Assembly (NCBI GenBank): GCA_029560465.1
Contig: JAKQKX010000069.1
Coordinates: 6,447 to 70,446 of the forward strand
Length of the DNA stretch: 64,000 nucleotides
Origin: Candidatus Omnitrophota bacterium
GTDB lineage: Bacteria; Omnitrophota; Gorgyraeia; Zapsychrales; JANLHA01
Direction: 5' to 3'
Shown piece after piece: positions 19,966-30,015 of this stretch (the stretch's first letter is position 1; the number at the start of each line of letters is the position of its first letter). The position numbers were made by a program, and so were the translations under genes. Under the pieces are notes generated by a model. It did not search any database. It saw only the letters and a list, made by a program, of their open reading frames with translations, and was not told the origin of the DNA.

Positions 19966-20706
19966 ATGAATGACATTCCAATCAAAATTGCAATTCTGAA
20001 GTTCGTCGCAGAGCAGGGGGTTGTCACGGTTGATGATGTGATGCGGAAGTTTGGCCGGTGGTCGAGTAGTGATCCGGTAAGGATGACCATGACGCAAGTA
20101 GGCATTACTCACCAGAAATTCGGTTCAGTGAAACACGGATTATGGTTCATTGATAAGCCGGAGCTTTTTGCCTTGTTGCGAAGATATTATCGGGACATCC
20201 CGAAATTCAAGGTCAGGGGCATGCGCCTTCTACTGAAAGTCCCGCACTCGTTAGGGGTGAATCATATTCGAATCGGGTTTGAAAAGTCTTCAAAAATTAA
20301 AGTCGTTGATTGGTGGAGTGAGGAATATATCCGGGCCTTGCCACCCGGTAAAAGGGATGGGATTACGGCCCATAAAATACCGGACGCGATCTTTTGGCAC
20401 CAGCGTAAAGATGGAACTCATAGCAAGTTTTTTCTTGAATATGAGCGTTCTTTAAAGGCCCCGCATCGTTACGGAAAGATATTCCAATTTTATGACAAGC
20501 GGGTTGATGTCAAAAACAAGAACGTTATTTACGTCTGCGAGACAGAGTTTGTCCGGGACAAGTTAATAGCCATTGAACAAGCTTTAGCGAAAGGAGGAAA
20601 AATCAAGGGAACGGGATTGAATTTCACATTTATCACACTGGATGAATTTAACAGGGCTTATTCCGAAGCCAAACAATCAAAGGAGGAGGACGATGAGAAA
20701 CTCTAA
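19966..20706 (+). CDS. Replication-relaxation family / MOBC-type relaxase
   Basis: PHSLG..PDA..FLEYERSLK..RY matches the D-x-ExE-xxxK-xxxRY motif; first gene of the T4SS operon. Confidence 0.75.
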   Translation: MNDIPIKIAILKFVAEQGVVTVDDVMRKFGRWSSSDPVRMTMTQVGITHQKFGSVKHGLWFIDKPELFALLRRYYRDIPKFKVRGMRLLLKVPHSLGVNHIRIGFEKSSKIKVVDWWSEEYIRALPPGKRDGITAHKIPDAIFWHQRKDGTHSKFFLEYERSLKAPHRYGKIFQFYDKRVDVKNKNVIYVCETEFVRDKLIAIEQALAKGGKIKGTGLNFTFITLDEFNRAYSEAKQSKEEDDEKL

Positions 20707-20980
20707 ATGGATATGTTTTGAATCTTGTTTTAAGACGCTGGCTTTGCTGGCAATTTTTGTTGGGCTTGCAACCCCGGCATTTGCTGATTTGGAAGGCAGT
20801 ATGGCAAGTCTGATGGATGCCATCAGGTCGCTGTCAACGCCGGTGGCGATCATACTGCTAATTTTTGCGGGTTGGCAACGTATGCTTGGGAATTCGCAAA
20901 TTTTTTATGCGGCGCTGATCGGGGCGGTCATTGTTTTTGCTGCGCCGATGATCGTGGAATTAATAAGCTCTGTATTCTAA
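20693..20980 (+). CDS. TrbC/VirB2-like pilin
   Basis: Signal ending PAFA plus two hydrophobic helices; precedes VirB4. Confidence 0.65.
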   Translation: MRNSKWICFESCFKTLALLAIFVGLATPAFADLEGSMASLMDAIRSLSTPVAIILLIFAGWQRMLGNSQIFYAALIGAVIVFAAPMIVELISSVF

Positions 20981-20994
20981 AGGAGGGATGAATT

Positions 20995-23769
20995 ATGCGT
21001 TCTTTCACGGAATCATGTCTGAGGAATCTTCAGGATAGGCAGCGGATTCTTGGCTTTGAGGAATTCGATCTCTTTATCGTTCTGGGGATTTTTATGACTT
21101 TGCATCTGTTTAAGGTTAACGGTTGTGTGTCATTGACCTTCACCGGGGTTGTGGCAGGGCTCCTTCTTTTTATAAAAAGAGGGAAGCCCGCCAAGACAGT
21201 TGAACATTGTTTGCAATGGTTCTTTAAGGCCAAACAGTACACAGCCGTTCCGCAATCGATCATTGAAGTGATTAAAGGGCGGGGCGTTGATATCCGGCTG
21301 AACGCTTTGCAGGAAATCCTGCCTTACAGCCACATGGAAGACGGCTTCTTGATTTTTAAGGATGATTCCCTTTCGGTCGGTTATTCCCTTGATTGTCCCT
21401 ATGCGGGGAATCTATCCGGGGAAGAACTTATTCGGCATTCTGCCATGATCGAGACCTTCCTTAATAATCTGACCGAGAAGGCGTCCTATCAGGTGATCTT
21501 TGATTTTGACGGTCATTACAGGGATGTGATTGAGGAACACAGTGAGATTAAAACAAATAACCGTCTCATCAGGGCCATGCACGCCCATCGCTTGGAGAAG
21601 CTGAAGGACATTGAGGACAATGGCACTTTCCGCCGCCCGCGCTGTTTTCTGTTTGTCAATTTCGCGGGAGGAGAGAACAGGAAACGCAAAGGTGCCATCA
21701 CACAGAGTTTCAAAAAGTTCAAGGACGTCTGTGAGGAAGATGTCCGAAGGCTTAAAACGGAATTCATCCGTATTCTGGAATTGGTGGAAGGAGGGTTAAG
21801 AAGCGGCAGGTTGTCATTCCGCCGCCTTAATGAACAGGAGTGTATGCGGTTTGTTTACGATTACCTGAACCCGGATAGGGTTCAGGCCGGGCTTGATTGT
21901 CCTTCTGCCAGAAAATATGAGTTGCTCCCCCGGCAGGTCTGTTGTTCGGATTTCTCCGTTGATTCATCCCGTGGAGAGTATATGCACTGGGGCGGACAAT
22001 ACCACAAGTTCATTACCCTCAAAATCGTTCCCGAATCCACTTATCCGATAATGCTGAGGGCATTATCAGGCCTGTCATTCAAACAGTTCGATGTTATTGT
22101 CAACTTTGAGGCCCCGCCCAAAGAATGGGGAAAAAAAACCATTGAATCCCTTCGTCGGCGTGAGTACGGGAATTTGCTGGGGATGATGGGGATAACCAAC
22201 AAAGATGCTGAAGTGAAAATCCAGCAGTACGAAACTTTGCTGGAAGAGATACAGCAAACCAACCAGAAACTTTTTCGGGCGCAACTGACCCTGCACGTAT
22301 ACAGCGATACGCTTGAAGAGGTAAGTCGTAATGCCTCGGAAGTCATCCGGCTGTTTTCCGGCATGAACGGGGCGGAAATGCACGATGAACGTTACGGCGG
22401 GGTTGTTCCAATATTCCTGAGCACCCTGCCCGGATGGACGAAGGAATCGTCCCGCTGGATATTACTGAAAACCCTGCATCTGTCCGACCTGCTTCCTTTG
22501 TACTCGGATTTTTACGGAAGCGGCCGGGGGGAGACTATCTTCTTTAACACTACACAAGGGTTGGCCGCTTATGATCCGTTTGCCAGCGATTTGCCGGCCT
22601 TTAATTCCATCCTGGTCGGACCCGCCGGCAGCGGGAAAAGTTTTCTGGTCAATCAGATTATCAACCAGTACAGCAAGAATGACGCCATTGAGGTCTTTAT
22701 CGACATCGGAGGGTCATACAAACGGCAGGTTTCTCTTAAAGGCGGGGAGTACATCAACCTGGGCCTGAAAGAGAAATTCACGATTAACCTTTTTGACCTG
22801 CCCGGAGGTAAGAAGTTCTCCGAGTTTAGTGATGAGGAGCAGAATGAAATCCTTGTCATGAAAACAAAGATCATCGAACAGATGGTCGGTAAGACAAGCC
22901 GTTTCGCTCAATCAGATCAGATTGTGGAGGACTTTATATCCCGCAGTATCCGTCATCTGTATAACACGGTCGAGTATCCGGTCTTAAGCGATTTCAAGAC
23001 GGCATTAACTCAGACGGCCAAAAACAACGACCAATGGCTTCCGTTCGTTCACCAAATTACCGGCCTCTTGGGAATATGGCTTTCCGGCGGGCAGTTCGGC
23101 GCTTTTACGGATGGACGTTCAACGATTTCCTTTGATAAAAGCATTGTCTGTTTTGACCTTAAAGGATTGGAAAACCAGCGCCTTCAAACGACGATGTTGA
23201 CCATTATTACGAATTTCGTTTGGGGGAAGTTTATGAGTGAGCGCGGGCGTCGCAAACTGCTCATTCTGGATGAGTGCTGGAAATTGCTGGCTACACCCGA
23301 GGCGGCCGGGTTTATTGCCGAGGCGTTCAGGACGTTTCGCAAATACGGCGCCGGGGCCATTTCCGTCACGCAATCCTTGAGTGACTTCACCAAAGGAGGA
23401 CTGGAAGACGCCATCCTTGGTAACGCCCATACCCGTTTTATCTTAAGCCAGAATTCAGCGCCTATTCTGCAGGGCATTGTCGATTATTTCAGGTTCAATG
23501 AACAGGAGAAACATCAAATCGAATCCTTAAAAATTCAGAAAGGCGAAGGGGCGGAGGTTTTCTTTTCACAGGCCAAGGGGCTAAAGCCGGTGAGCGGCAC
23601 AATCGTTATTTATCCGACACCGGTGGAGTATTGGGTTGCGACTACCGACGCGCTGGATATTGCCTGCTATGAGAAAGTTCAGGCGGATAATCCCGGTTTG
23701 TCTATGTATGACGTTATTTTGAAATGCGCTGAAGAGTATCCGCGAGGAGTTTCCTATACAAACAAATAA
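20995..23769 (+). CDS. virB4: VirB4-type ATPase with N-terminal VirB3-like segment
   Basis: GPAGSGKS, IDIGGSY, LILDECW, RKYGAG, TQS; N-terminal TM segment. Confidence 0.9.
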   Translation: MRSFTESCLRNLQDRQRILGFEEFDLFIVLGIFMTLHLFKVNGCVSLTFTGVVAGLLLFIKRGKPAKTVEHCLQWFFKAKQYTAVPQSIIEVIKGRGVDIRLNALQEILPYSHMEDGFLIFKDDSLSVGYSLDCPYAGNLSGEELIRHSAMIETFLNNLTEKASYQVIFDFDGHYRDVIEEHSEIKTNNRLIRAMHAHRLEKLKDIEDNGTFRRPRCFLFVNFAGGENRKRKGAITQSFKKFKDVCEEDVRRLKTEFIRILELVEGGLRSGRLSFRRLNEQECMRFVYDYLNPDRVQAGLDCPSARKYELLPRQVCCSDFSVDSSRGEYMHWGGQYHKFITLKIVPESTYPIMLRALSGLSFKQFDVIVNFEAPPKEWGKKTIESLRRREYGNLLGMMGITNKDAEVKIQQYETLLEEIQQTNQKLFRAQLTLHVYSDTLEEVSRNASEVIRLFSGMNGAEMHDERYGGVVPIFLSTLPGWTKESSRWILLKTLHLSDLLPLYSDFYGSGRGETIFFNTTQGLAAYDPFASDLPAFNSILVGPAGSGKSFLVNQIINQYSKNDAIEVFIDIGGSYKRQVSLKGGEYINLGLKEKFTINLFDLPGGKKFSEFSDEEQNEILVMKTKIIEQMVGKTSRFAQSDQIVEDFISRSIRHLYNTVEYPVLSDFKTALTQTAKNNDQWLPFVHQITGLLGIWLSGGQFGAFTDGRSTISFDKSIVCFDLKGLENQRLQTTMLTIITNFVWGKFMSERGRRKLLILDECWKLLATPEAAGFIAEAFRTFRKYGAGAISVTQSLSDFTKGGLEDAILGNAHTRFILSQNSAPILQGIVDYFRFNEQEKHQIESLKIQKGEGAEVFFSQAKGLKPVSGTIVIYPTPVEYWVATTDALDIACYEKVQADNPGLSMYDVILKCAEEYPRGVSYTNK

Positions 23770-23795
23770 CCATTTTTATCTGTGAGGAGGTGTGT

Positions 23796-24155
23796 ATGAA
23801 CACGATTAAGACAATGATAATTTTGTTGCTGGTTTTTGCAGTGTCGGGATGTACGACAACACAAAAACGTGCTTTTGCTTTTGGTTCTATCGGAACCCTT
23901 TTGGGCGGCGTTATCGGACATCAATCCGGCGACGGCGTTAAAGGGGCCGCTATCGGCGGGCTTACAGGGACGACTGTTAGTTTGGCGTTTGATACCGACA
24001 AGAAAAAGAAAACTCCATACGACAAGGGATATGAAGAAGGATACCGGCAGGGACAGGTAGATTATGCCAACAAAAATTGGAAAAAGAAAACCGGACAATG
24101 CGTTGGAGTAGTTTCCCCCGAGGAAACAACGGAAGGAGTTAAACAATGCGAGTAA
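23796..24155 (+). CDS. Glycine-zipper lipoprotein
   Basis: Lipobox VSGC; GTLLGGVIG..GAAIGG. Confidence 0.75.
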   Translation: MNTIKTMIILLLVFAVSGCTTTQKRAFAFGSIGTLLGGVIGHQSGDGVKGAAIGGLTGTTVSLAFDTDKKKKTPYDKGYEEGYRQGQVDYANKNWKKKTGQCVGVVSPEETTEGVKQCE

Positions 24156-24850
24156 TTATCATTCTTTCTGTCTTGATATTTTCTTTGAGTTCACCGGCTT
24201 GGGCGCTGAGTGATGCCTGGGCTATTTTGCAGCAAACCGCAACGCAGACGGCGGAGCACATCAAACGATTGGAAGAAGCCATCAAGCAGGTTGAGTTGGT
24301 GAAAACTCAAGTGGAGTTGGCTTTGGAAGCCAGCCGGGGATTCGACGGTGTGGACTTTATCAGCGATTTCAGGAATATTGTTCTTGAGACCAATGATATC
24401 CTTTCGGATCTTGACGGGTATATCACCGAGATAAGTAATATCTCAAGCGAATGGAAGGATATCTTCGGTTCGCTGGACAATTGGGTGGATAACCCCAAGG
24501 AGACTTTTGAGTATATCTCTATGGCGGATGATATTAATTCCGCTGGGTACCGAATCGCGGATACATTTCAGGACACGTATAAACGTAATGCCGAGTACGC
24601 CCAGAAATTTATCACTCACGCTAAAGGACTTAATGAGAAAGGGGCCTTAAAGCAGATCGCCGAACAACTGGGGCATCTTATGCAGATGCAGAATGAAGTA
24701 ATCTACATTCTCTCGCAATCGGTGAAACAACAAAGCATTGAAAACTCAAATCAGAATTCAGAAAGGAAAGAAGACATTATCCATCAGGAACAGGAAAATT
24801 CCGGAGTCAAACGGTTCATCCAATCGGCTAACCGAACCTTTGGCATGTAA
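24146..24850 (+). CDS. TrbJ/VirB5-like protein
   Basis: Signal peptide, coiled coil, position before VirB6-like gene. Confidence 0.6.
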   Translation: MRVIIILSVLIFSLSSPAWALSDAWAILQQTATQTAEHIKRLEEAIKQVELVKTQVELALEASRGFDGVDFISDFRNIVLETNDILSDLDGYITEISNISSEWKDIFGSLDNWVDNPKETFEYISMADDINSAGYRIADTFQDTYKRNAEYAQKFITHAKGLNEKGALKQIAEQLGHLMQMQNEVIYILSQSVKQQSIENSNQNSERKEDIIHQEQENSGVKRFIQSANRTFGM

Positions 24851-24864
24851 ACGGGAGGAATCAA

Positions 24865-25854
24865 ATGGACTTTATAATCGGGGTCATAAACAGTGATCTG
24901 GCGGGCATAATCCAACTGGGGCAATTCTTGCTCGGCGGATTCTTTGTCCTCGCCTGTTTCGTTACTTATTTAGGTGTTTTCCAAAATAAGGCCAACTGGT
25001 CGGGGTTGATTGTCAGGTTAGTTATCGGTTTTTTTCTCTTGCAGAACTACATCTTGGTTATGGAGACAACACGGGATATCGTTGCCGGTATTGATTTGAA
25101 GATCAGCCCTGACCAGAATGCGACGAATCAGTATGTCAACATGTGCGAGAATATGCAGAAAATTTATGAAGATAACCAGCAGAAAGGCTTCTCGTTGGCT
25201 GTCTTTGGGACAAAGACACTTCATAATTTTACGATTAACCTTTCGTTTATCTTTTATTCAATTGTTTCAAATGTTATGGATTCGGTTCGGACCGCGATTG
25301 TCGCCATTATTTACAAGCTGGGACCGATTTTAATGCCTCTGATCCTTTTCGATTCCACGAAAAAGATATTACAGGGATGGTTTACTTCTTATGTTTCTGT
25401 CCTGTCCTGGCCGATATTATGGCATGTTGTGTTGACGATAACCGTGGCGTTAAGCGGACAGATTAGTCCGACGCTGGACGGGATAGAGAAGTTCGCGATG
25501 ATGAATTTTGCCGTATGTTTCGTGTTGATATATTCTCCATTGATCGTAAGCGGTCTGGTGGCCGGAATAGGCGTTGGTGCCGCCGCTTCTCTTGCTTCTA
25601 TGGGAGCGGTCAATAAGGTGTCGGAAGGCGTACGAGGCAGCAGCAGGATCGCAGGAGGCGGGGTCGCGCAGGGATTGGAAGGAGTCGCAGGAGCTTTGGT
25701 AACACACAATTATTTGAAAATCCTTCCTATGGCCTTGGGTGGCGGAATCAAAGGTATGGCGGATAAGGCAGGTATCCATCTCTCCGAGGGAGAAAAGAGC
25801 ACGTTTCAAGCCATTAAGAATATGATGTCATCAAAAAAAGGAGGAGTTAAATGA
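24865..25854 (+). CDS. VirB6/TrbL-like polytopic membrane protein
   Basis: Multiple TM segments, LGPILMP, Gly/Ala-rich tail. Confidence 0.7.
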   Translation: MDFIIGVINSDLAGIIQLGQFLLGGFFVLACFVTYLGVFQNKANWSGLIVRLVIGFFLLQNYILVMETTRDIVAGIDLKISPDQNATNQYVNMCENMQKIYEDNQQKGFSLAVFGTKTLHNFTINLSFIFYSIVSNVMDSVRTAIVAIIYKLGPILMPLILFDSTKKILQGWFTSYVSVLSWPILWHVVLTITVALSGQISPTLDGIEKFAMMNFAVCFVLIYSPLIVSGLVAGIGVGAAASLASMGAVNKVSEGVRGSSRIAGGGVAQGLEGVAGALVTHNYLKILPMALGGGIKGMADKAGIHLSEGEKSTFQAIKNMMSSKKGGVK

Positions 25855-26450
25855 GCGAACTGGCATTTAACCGGGCTATTCTGGAAAAGACTGTCCAGAT
25901 ATTGTCATTAATTGTCGTTGGTCTGGTTGTTCTGTTGATCTTGCAGTCGGCTTCATTGGTCGTTTCATCAAATCGGCCCCAGCAGGTTGTGTATTCGGGT
26001 GGGGAACAAATATTACCGCTTGAGACAAAGAATTATGAAGTTGACGAGATCATCCTGAAAAACTTTGTCAGATGGATAGCGAGGGAGTATTTCAGTTTCT
26101 CGCCGACATCATTGCCCAAGCAGATTGATAGTATCAGCGAGTATCTTACATCCGCTCCCAAGAAGGCCATCCTTGACGCTTATCAGAAAAACAAGTCTAT
26201 CATTCAGGAAGGGACATATTTTCAATTTGATATTGCCGAGGTCTCGATTGTCAAACAATCGAATCCTTATCATGTTGAGCTGTCCGGCGTCATGAGCATC
26301 ATTGACAGAAGCGGGAATTATATAAACGATCTCAAGACGTATGTTTTTGAGGTTCAGCAGGTCAAGCCGACGAAGGAGAATCCGTACGGGTTGAAGGTTT
26401 TGCGGATTCAGGAGAAAACTTTAAGCGAGAAAAAGGAGGAAACAAAATGA
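25851..26450 (+). CDS. VirB8/TrbF-like protein
   Basis: N-terminal TM; C-terminal ENPYGLKV. Confidence 0.75.
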   Translation: MSELAFNRAILEKTVQILSLIVVGLVVLLILQSASLVVSSNRPQQVVYSGGEQILPLETKNYEVDEIILKNFVRWIAREYFSFSPTSLPKQIDSISEYLTSAPKKAILDAYQKNKSIIQEGTYFQFDIAEVSIVKQSNPYHVELSGVMSIIDRSGNYINDLKTYVFEVQQVKPTKENPYGLKVLRIQEKTLSEKKEETK

Positions 26451-26803
26451 GATGGCTTCTAATCGTTGGAATACTCTGTCTTTCCTTACCGGGATACGCT
26501 TATTCGGACACTTCTGTTTTAGGTGATATTCAGCGGACAAAGGATATTGTCCGCGTCTATGTTCACCCGGAATACGTCACTAAACTGGAATTCGCTGATG
26601 AAATCATGCTGGTTGTTGCCGGGGATAATTCGCTTTTGCACATCGAGCTATCTGGCGATAAGAAGGGTGTTCTAATTAAGCCGATGGACAGATCCGGGGA
26701 AACTAATTTGATTATCGACACACTGAGCCGAAAATTTACATACGAGATTGTTGTGTCAGATGAAAAACCGGCGGTTTACAGGCTTGATACGGCACAAAAA
26801 TAA
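26447..26803 (+). CDS. Short VirB9/TrbG-like protein
   Basis: Signal peptide; YVTKLEF..LIKP..TNLII. Confidence 0.65.
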   Translation: MRWLLIVGILCLSLPGYAYSDTSVLGDIQRTKDIVRVYVHPEYVTKLEFADEIMLVVAGDNSLLHIELSGDKKGVLIKPMDRSGETNLIIDTLSRKFTYEIVVSDEKPAVYRLDTAQK

Positions 26804-26827
26804 ACTAAACGCGAGAGGAGCGAGAAG

Positions 26828-27754
26828 ATGAAAGTTCTTGATCTCTTATTTAAGAAAGACCATACCGGCAAAAGGACACCCACGATTTTAATGTGGTCGA
26901 TTATATGTGTAGGAGTGTTCGTAACTTTTTTTCTGTCGAAAGAAGAAAAGGTTGTTAAAGACAAAACGCCGGAGCAGGAGATTATCAAACGGCAGGATGT
27001 CACGAATGCCTCTATTGAAGCTAGTCAGAATGGAAAAAGGAAGGAGGATATTCTGGCTTCACTGTTATTGTCCGGCGCGAAAAAGGAAAAGGCAACGAAG
27101 GATAGCGAACGCCTAACCCGGAATAAGGCCGATGCTCAGGTTATCGTCTACGACAACACGAAGTCTTCGGATAAATACAAGGCGAAGCACAAGCTCCCGC
27201 TGGGAACAATGATTGAATGTATGCTGATTCATAATATCGTGACAAATAATTTTAGTTCTCCGGTCATAGCGCAAGTGGCGGATGATTTTTACTTTAATGG
27301 CATTCTGTTACTCTCAAGGGATACCCGTATTTATGGAGAAGCAAGGGCTGGGAGAGAGAGAGACCGGGTGTTGGTCGCCTTTAAGACAATTGTTTTGCAT
27401 GACGGCACGGAATTCCCGATTCAGGCCAGAGGTCTTAACGCCGACGGTTCAGGCGGGATTAAGGCCACAATCGTCAATGAATTCACGAAAGAAAAACTTT
27501 TGACAAAGGTCATGAATTTTTTTAGCGGGGCGTTTCTGGGTTTTCAGGAGAAAACAACCAACGCGATTACGGGAATTGATCAAGTTTCTGTCAATTCACG
27601 CAATGCCATATTGGAAGGAGGGTCAAAGGTCTTTAGCGAAGAGGCCAAAAGGATGCAGGATGAAGTACGTAACGCTCAAGGGTATGGCGTCATTGTCGCT
27701 GGAGAAAGACTAATTATTTACTTTGATGAATCCGTTGAAATAAGGACGAAATGA
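26828..27754 (+). CDS. virB10: VirB10/TrbI-like protein
   Basis: LPLGTMIECML..SPVIAQV..DGSGGI. Confidence 0.8.
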   Translation: MKVLDLLFKKDHTGKRTPTILMWSIICVGVFVTFFLSKEEKVVKDKTPEQEIIKRQDVTNASIEASQNGKRKEDILASLLLSGAKKEKATKDSERLTRNKADAQVIVYDNTKSSDKYKAKHKLPLGTMIECMLIHNIVTNNFSSPVIAQVADDFYFNGILLLSRDTRIYGEARAGRERDRVLVAFKTIVLHDGTEFPIQARGLNADGSGGIKATIVNEFTKEKLLTKVMNFFSGAFLGFQEKTTNAITGIDQVSVNSRNAILEGGSKVFSEEAKRMQDEVRNAQGYGVIVAGERLIIYFDESVEIRTK

Positions 27755-27755
27755 A

Positions 27756-29486
27756 ATGCCGGAATTAATAGGGATTGTATTAGTGATCTTGGGTGCTTTC
27801 CTTTTCAAATACAGGGACAGTGTTCAGGAGGCCATGCGCAACCCTGTTCTCGTTTTCATCTTTTTGCTCGGGGCAGGAGTTCTTATTTTTGTTATCTTTA
27901 TCTTCGGGCATTATCTTGAGAAAGTTTTCAACAGAATCAATATGTGGCGTCAGGGGATTAATGGTTCCGATAAGCATGATGTTGTTCGGTTCTCGTTTAT
28001 CAACTTTGATTTGAAAAAATTGTTGGAGAAGTTTTATCAACAGGATGTAAATAAAGAGCAGACGTTCATCGGGATGAATGCCGAGAAGTCCAATAAGGAA
28101 ATCGTGAGTATTCCCGATATCCAAAGGACTCAGCACTTGCAGGTCTTGGGCATGACCGGTACAGGAAAGACAACCGGGGTGTTTCTTCCTCTGATATATC
28201 AGGACGCCTTGAAGAACAGACCCATTATCATCATTGACGCCAAAGGCGAGATGGAGGTCATCAATCAGTTGTATTCCATCCTTGAGGCATCCGGCTGCGC
28301 CGAAAAGTTTATGCTGTTTTCCCTGACGCATAAGGATATTTCCTGTACGTATAATCCATTGTATTCGGAGGGAGTCGATCCTCAAATCGTCATCGATGCC
28401 TTTTTTAATAATTTTGAGGACGAAAATTCTTTCTTCCGGGAAATGTCCAAGGCCATTTTCACTAATACGTTTTACATCCTGCATTCTTTTGCCAAGCCGT
28501 TTACGCCGATGGATGTGTATTGCTATTTGAATAACGAGGCTTGCCGTCAGGAGATGAACAAGAAGGTTACCCGTAACAATAAGCAGGGAACGCTGTATTT
28601 GAAAATGTTCAACCAGATTATTTCTGATTTAACGGAGCAATACCGGGGCTGGAAACACGCGATCTCCGGCTTTAATAATTTTCTCTTAAGCCATGGAGAC
28701 GCGCTCCTGAATGAAGACGACAGTGATATTGTTCTCATGGAAGCGATCCTGTACCGGAAGATTGTATATTTTCAACTTCCGACCAATGCTTACCCGATTC
28801 AAGCGGTGAGCATTGCCCGTATGATTCAGGCGAATCTGCGGTATATCTCCTCACTTATCCAGACCGGCCAAATCCCCCGGGATATTTTGGTGAGCGTTAT
28901 TATCGACGAGTATGGTTCGTTCGCCGAGGAGTCTTTTGTCGAAGTTCTTAACAAGGCCCGCAGTAGCGGCATGATGGTTACTTTGGCCCATCAGAGCTTG
29001 AGCGATCTTAAGCATATTTCGGAAAGTTTTATGAAGAGGATTGACGAGAACACGTTAAATAAGATTTATTTCAAACAAACTGATCCTGAGCTTTGTGAGC
29101 TGATCGCCAAGAGTATGGGGACATATCGAAAAGAGGAAAAGACTTACCGTATGACCGGGGGGCAATACGGGAATCAGATACATGTCGGCGAGTCTTCAAA
29201 CAAGATCGTGAACGAATTCCATTTCCCGCCGGATAAAATTAAAAATCTGCACCGCTTCGGACAAGGATATTTGATAAGCCGTGCGGACAATCAGCACAGA
29301 TGTGTCAATTTTGGCCGGTTTGAAGAAAAACCTCACGCTGTCTATCAAAAGCGCGCGAAGGCGAAGAAGAAAGAGGGTTTGCGGTTGTTTGAGAAATATT
29401 ATTTGAAGCAATCGCCGATAATAGAGAAATTAGTTAAAGCAAGTCCGTCTGAGAATGAGGACTTTTTGAAGGGGATTATTGAGTAA
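27756..29486 (+). CDS. virD4: Type IV coupling protein (VirD4/TraD)
   Basis: Two N-terminal TMs, GMTGTGKT, IDAKG, IIDEY, ARSSG, HQSLSDL. Confidence 0.9.
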   Translation: MPELIGIVLVILGAFLFKYRDSVQEAMRNPVLVFIFLLGAGVLIFVIFIFGHYLEKVFNRINMWRQGINGSDKHDVVRFSFINFDLKKLLEKFYQQDVNKEQTFIGMNAEKSNKEIVSIPDIQRTQHLQVLGMTGTGKTTGVFLPLIYQDALKNRPIIIIDAKGEMEVINQLYSILEASGCAEKFMLFSLTHKDISCTYNPLYSEGVDPQIVIDAFFNNFEDENSFFREMSKAIFTNTFYILHSFAKPFTPMDVYCYLNNEACRQEMNKKVTRNNKQGTLYLKMFNQIISDLTEQYRGWKHAISGFNNFLLSHGDALLNEDDSDIVLMEAILYRKIVYFQLPTNAYPIQAVSIARMIQANLRYISSLIQTGQIPRDILVSVIIDEYGSFAEESFVEVLNKARSSGMMVTLAHQSLSDLKHISESFMKRIDENTLNKIYFKQTDPELCELIAKSMGTYRKEEKTYRMTGGQYGNQIHVGESSNKIVNEFHFPPDKIKNLHRFGQGYLISRADNQHRCVNFGRFEEKPHAVYQKRAKAKKKEGLRLFEKYYLKQSPIIEKLVKASPSENEDFLKGIIE

Positions 29487-29511
29487 TTGAAATTAAAGGA
29501 GGGGGCTAAGC

Positions 29512-29703
29512 ATGAAACAATTAATTACGGTTCGTGAACTGGCAGAGGTCTTGAATGTCCCTATCAGCTGGATTTATCAGAGAACGTCTATGGGGCAAAA
29601 AGGAATTCCCCACGTGAAGATGGGGAAGTATGTCCGTTTTGATGCGGACGAGGTCATGCGTTTTTTGAGGGCCAACGGGACCACAAGGGCTTTTAAAGGC
29701 TAA
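29512..29703 (+). CDS. Excisionase-like HTH protein
   Basis: LITVRELAEVL..IPHVKMGKYVRF. Confidence 0.85.
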   Translation: MKQLITVRELAEVLNVPISWIYQRTSMGQKGIPHVKMGKYVRFDADEVMRFLRANGTTRAFKG

Positions 29704-29756
29704 TACAAAATTGACTTTTGATAGGTAAAGGATACAAAAAATGTTAAAATATCTTC

Positions 29757-29963
29757 ATGTTATTAACCACGTGGGAAGCGACACAGAAGTACGATATTTC
29801 TATGAGCCATTTGCGATTATTGATGCGCACTGGCAAGGTAAAAGGGCGGGAGGCGCAGATCACTGGAACCCGAACGATATGGCTTATAGAGGAATCGTCT
29901 TTGAAGAAATATTTAAGAACGGAAAGAAAGCCAGGGCCAAAGCCCAAGAGAAGAAGTTCTTGA
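29757..29963 (+). CDS. Small HTH DNA-binding protein
   Basis: LLTTWEATQKY..WLIEESSL..RKPGPK; TTGACT upstream. Confidence 0.7.
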   Translation: MLLTTWEATQKYDISMSHLRLLMRTGKVKGREAQITGTRTIWLIEESSLKKYLRTERKPGPKPKRRSS

Positions 29964-30015
29964 GATGTAGTCGAAGCTCAGCTATAATACTGTTTCTAGC
30001 GAAAGGAGCAGTATT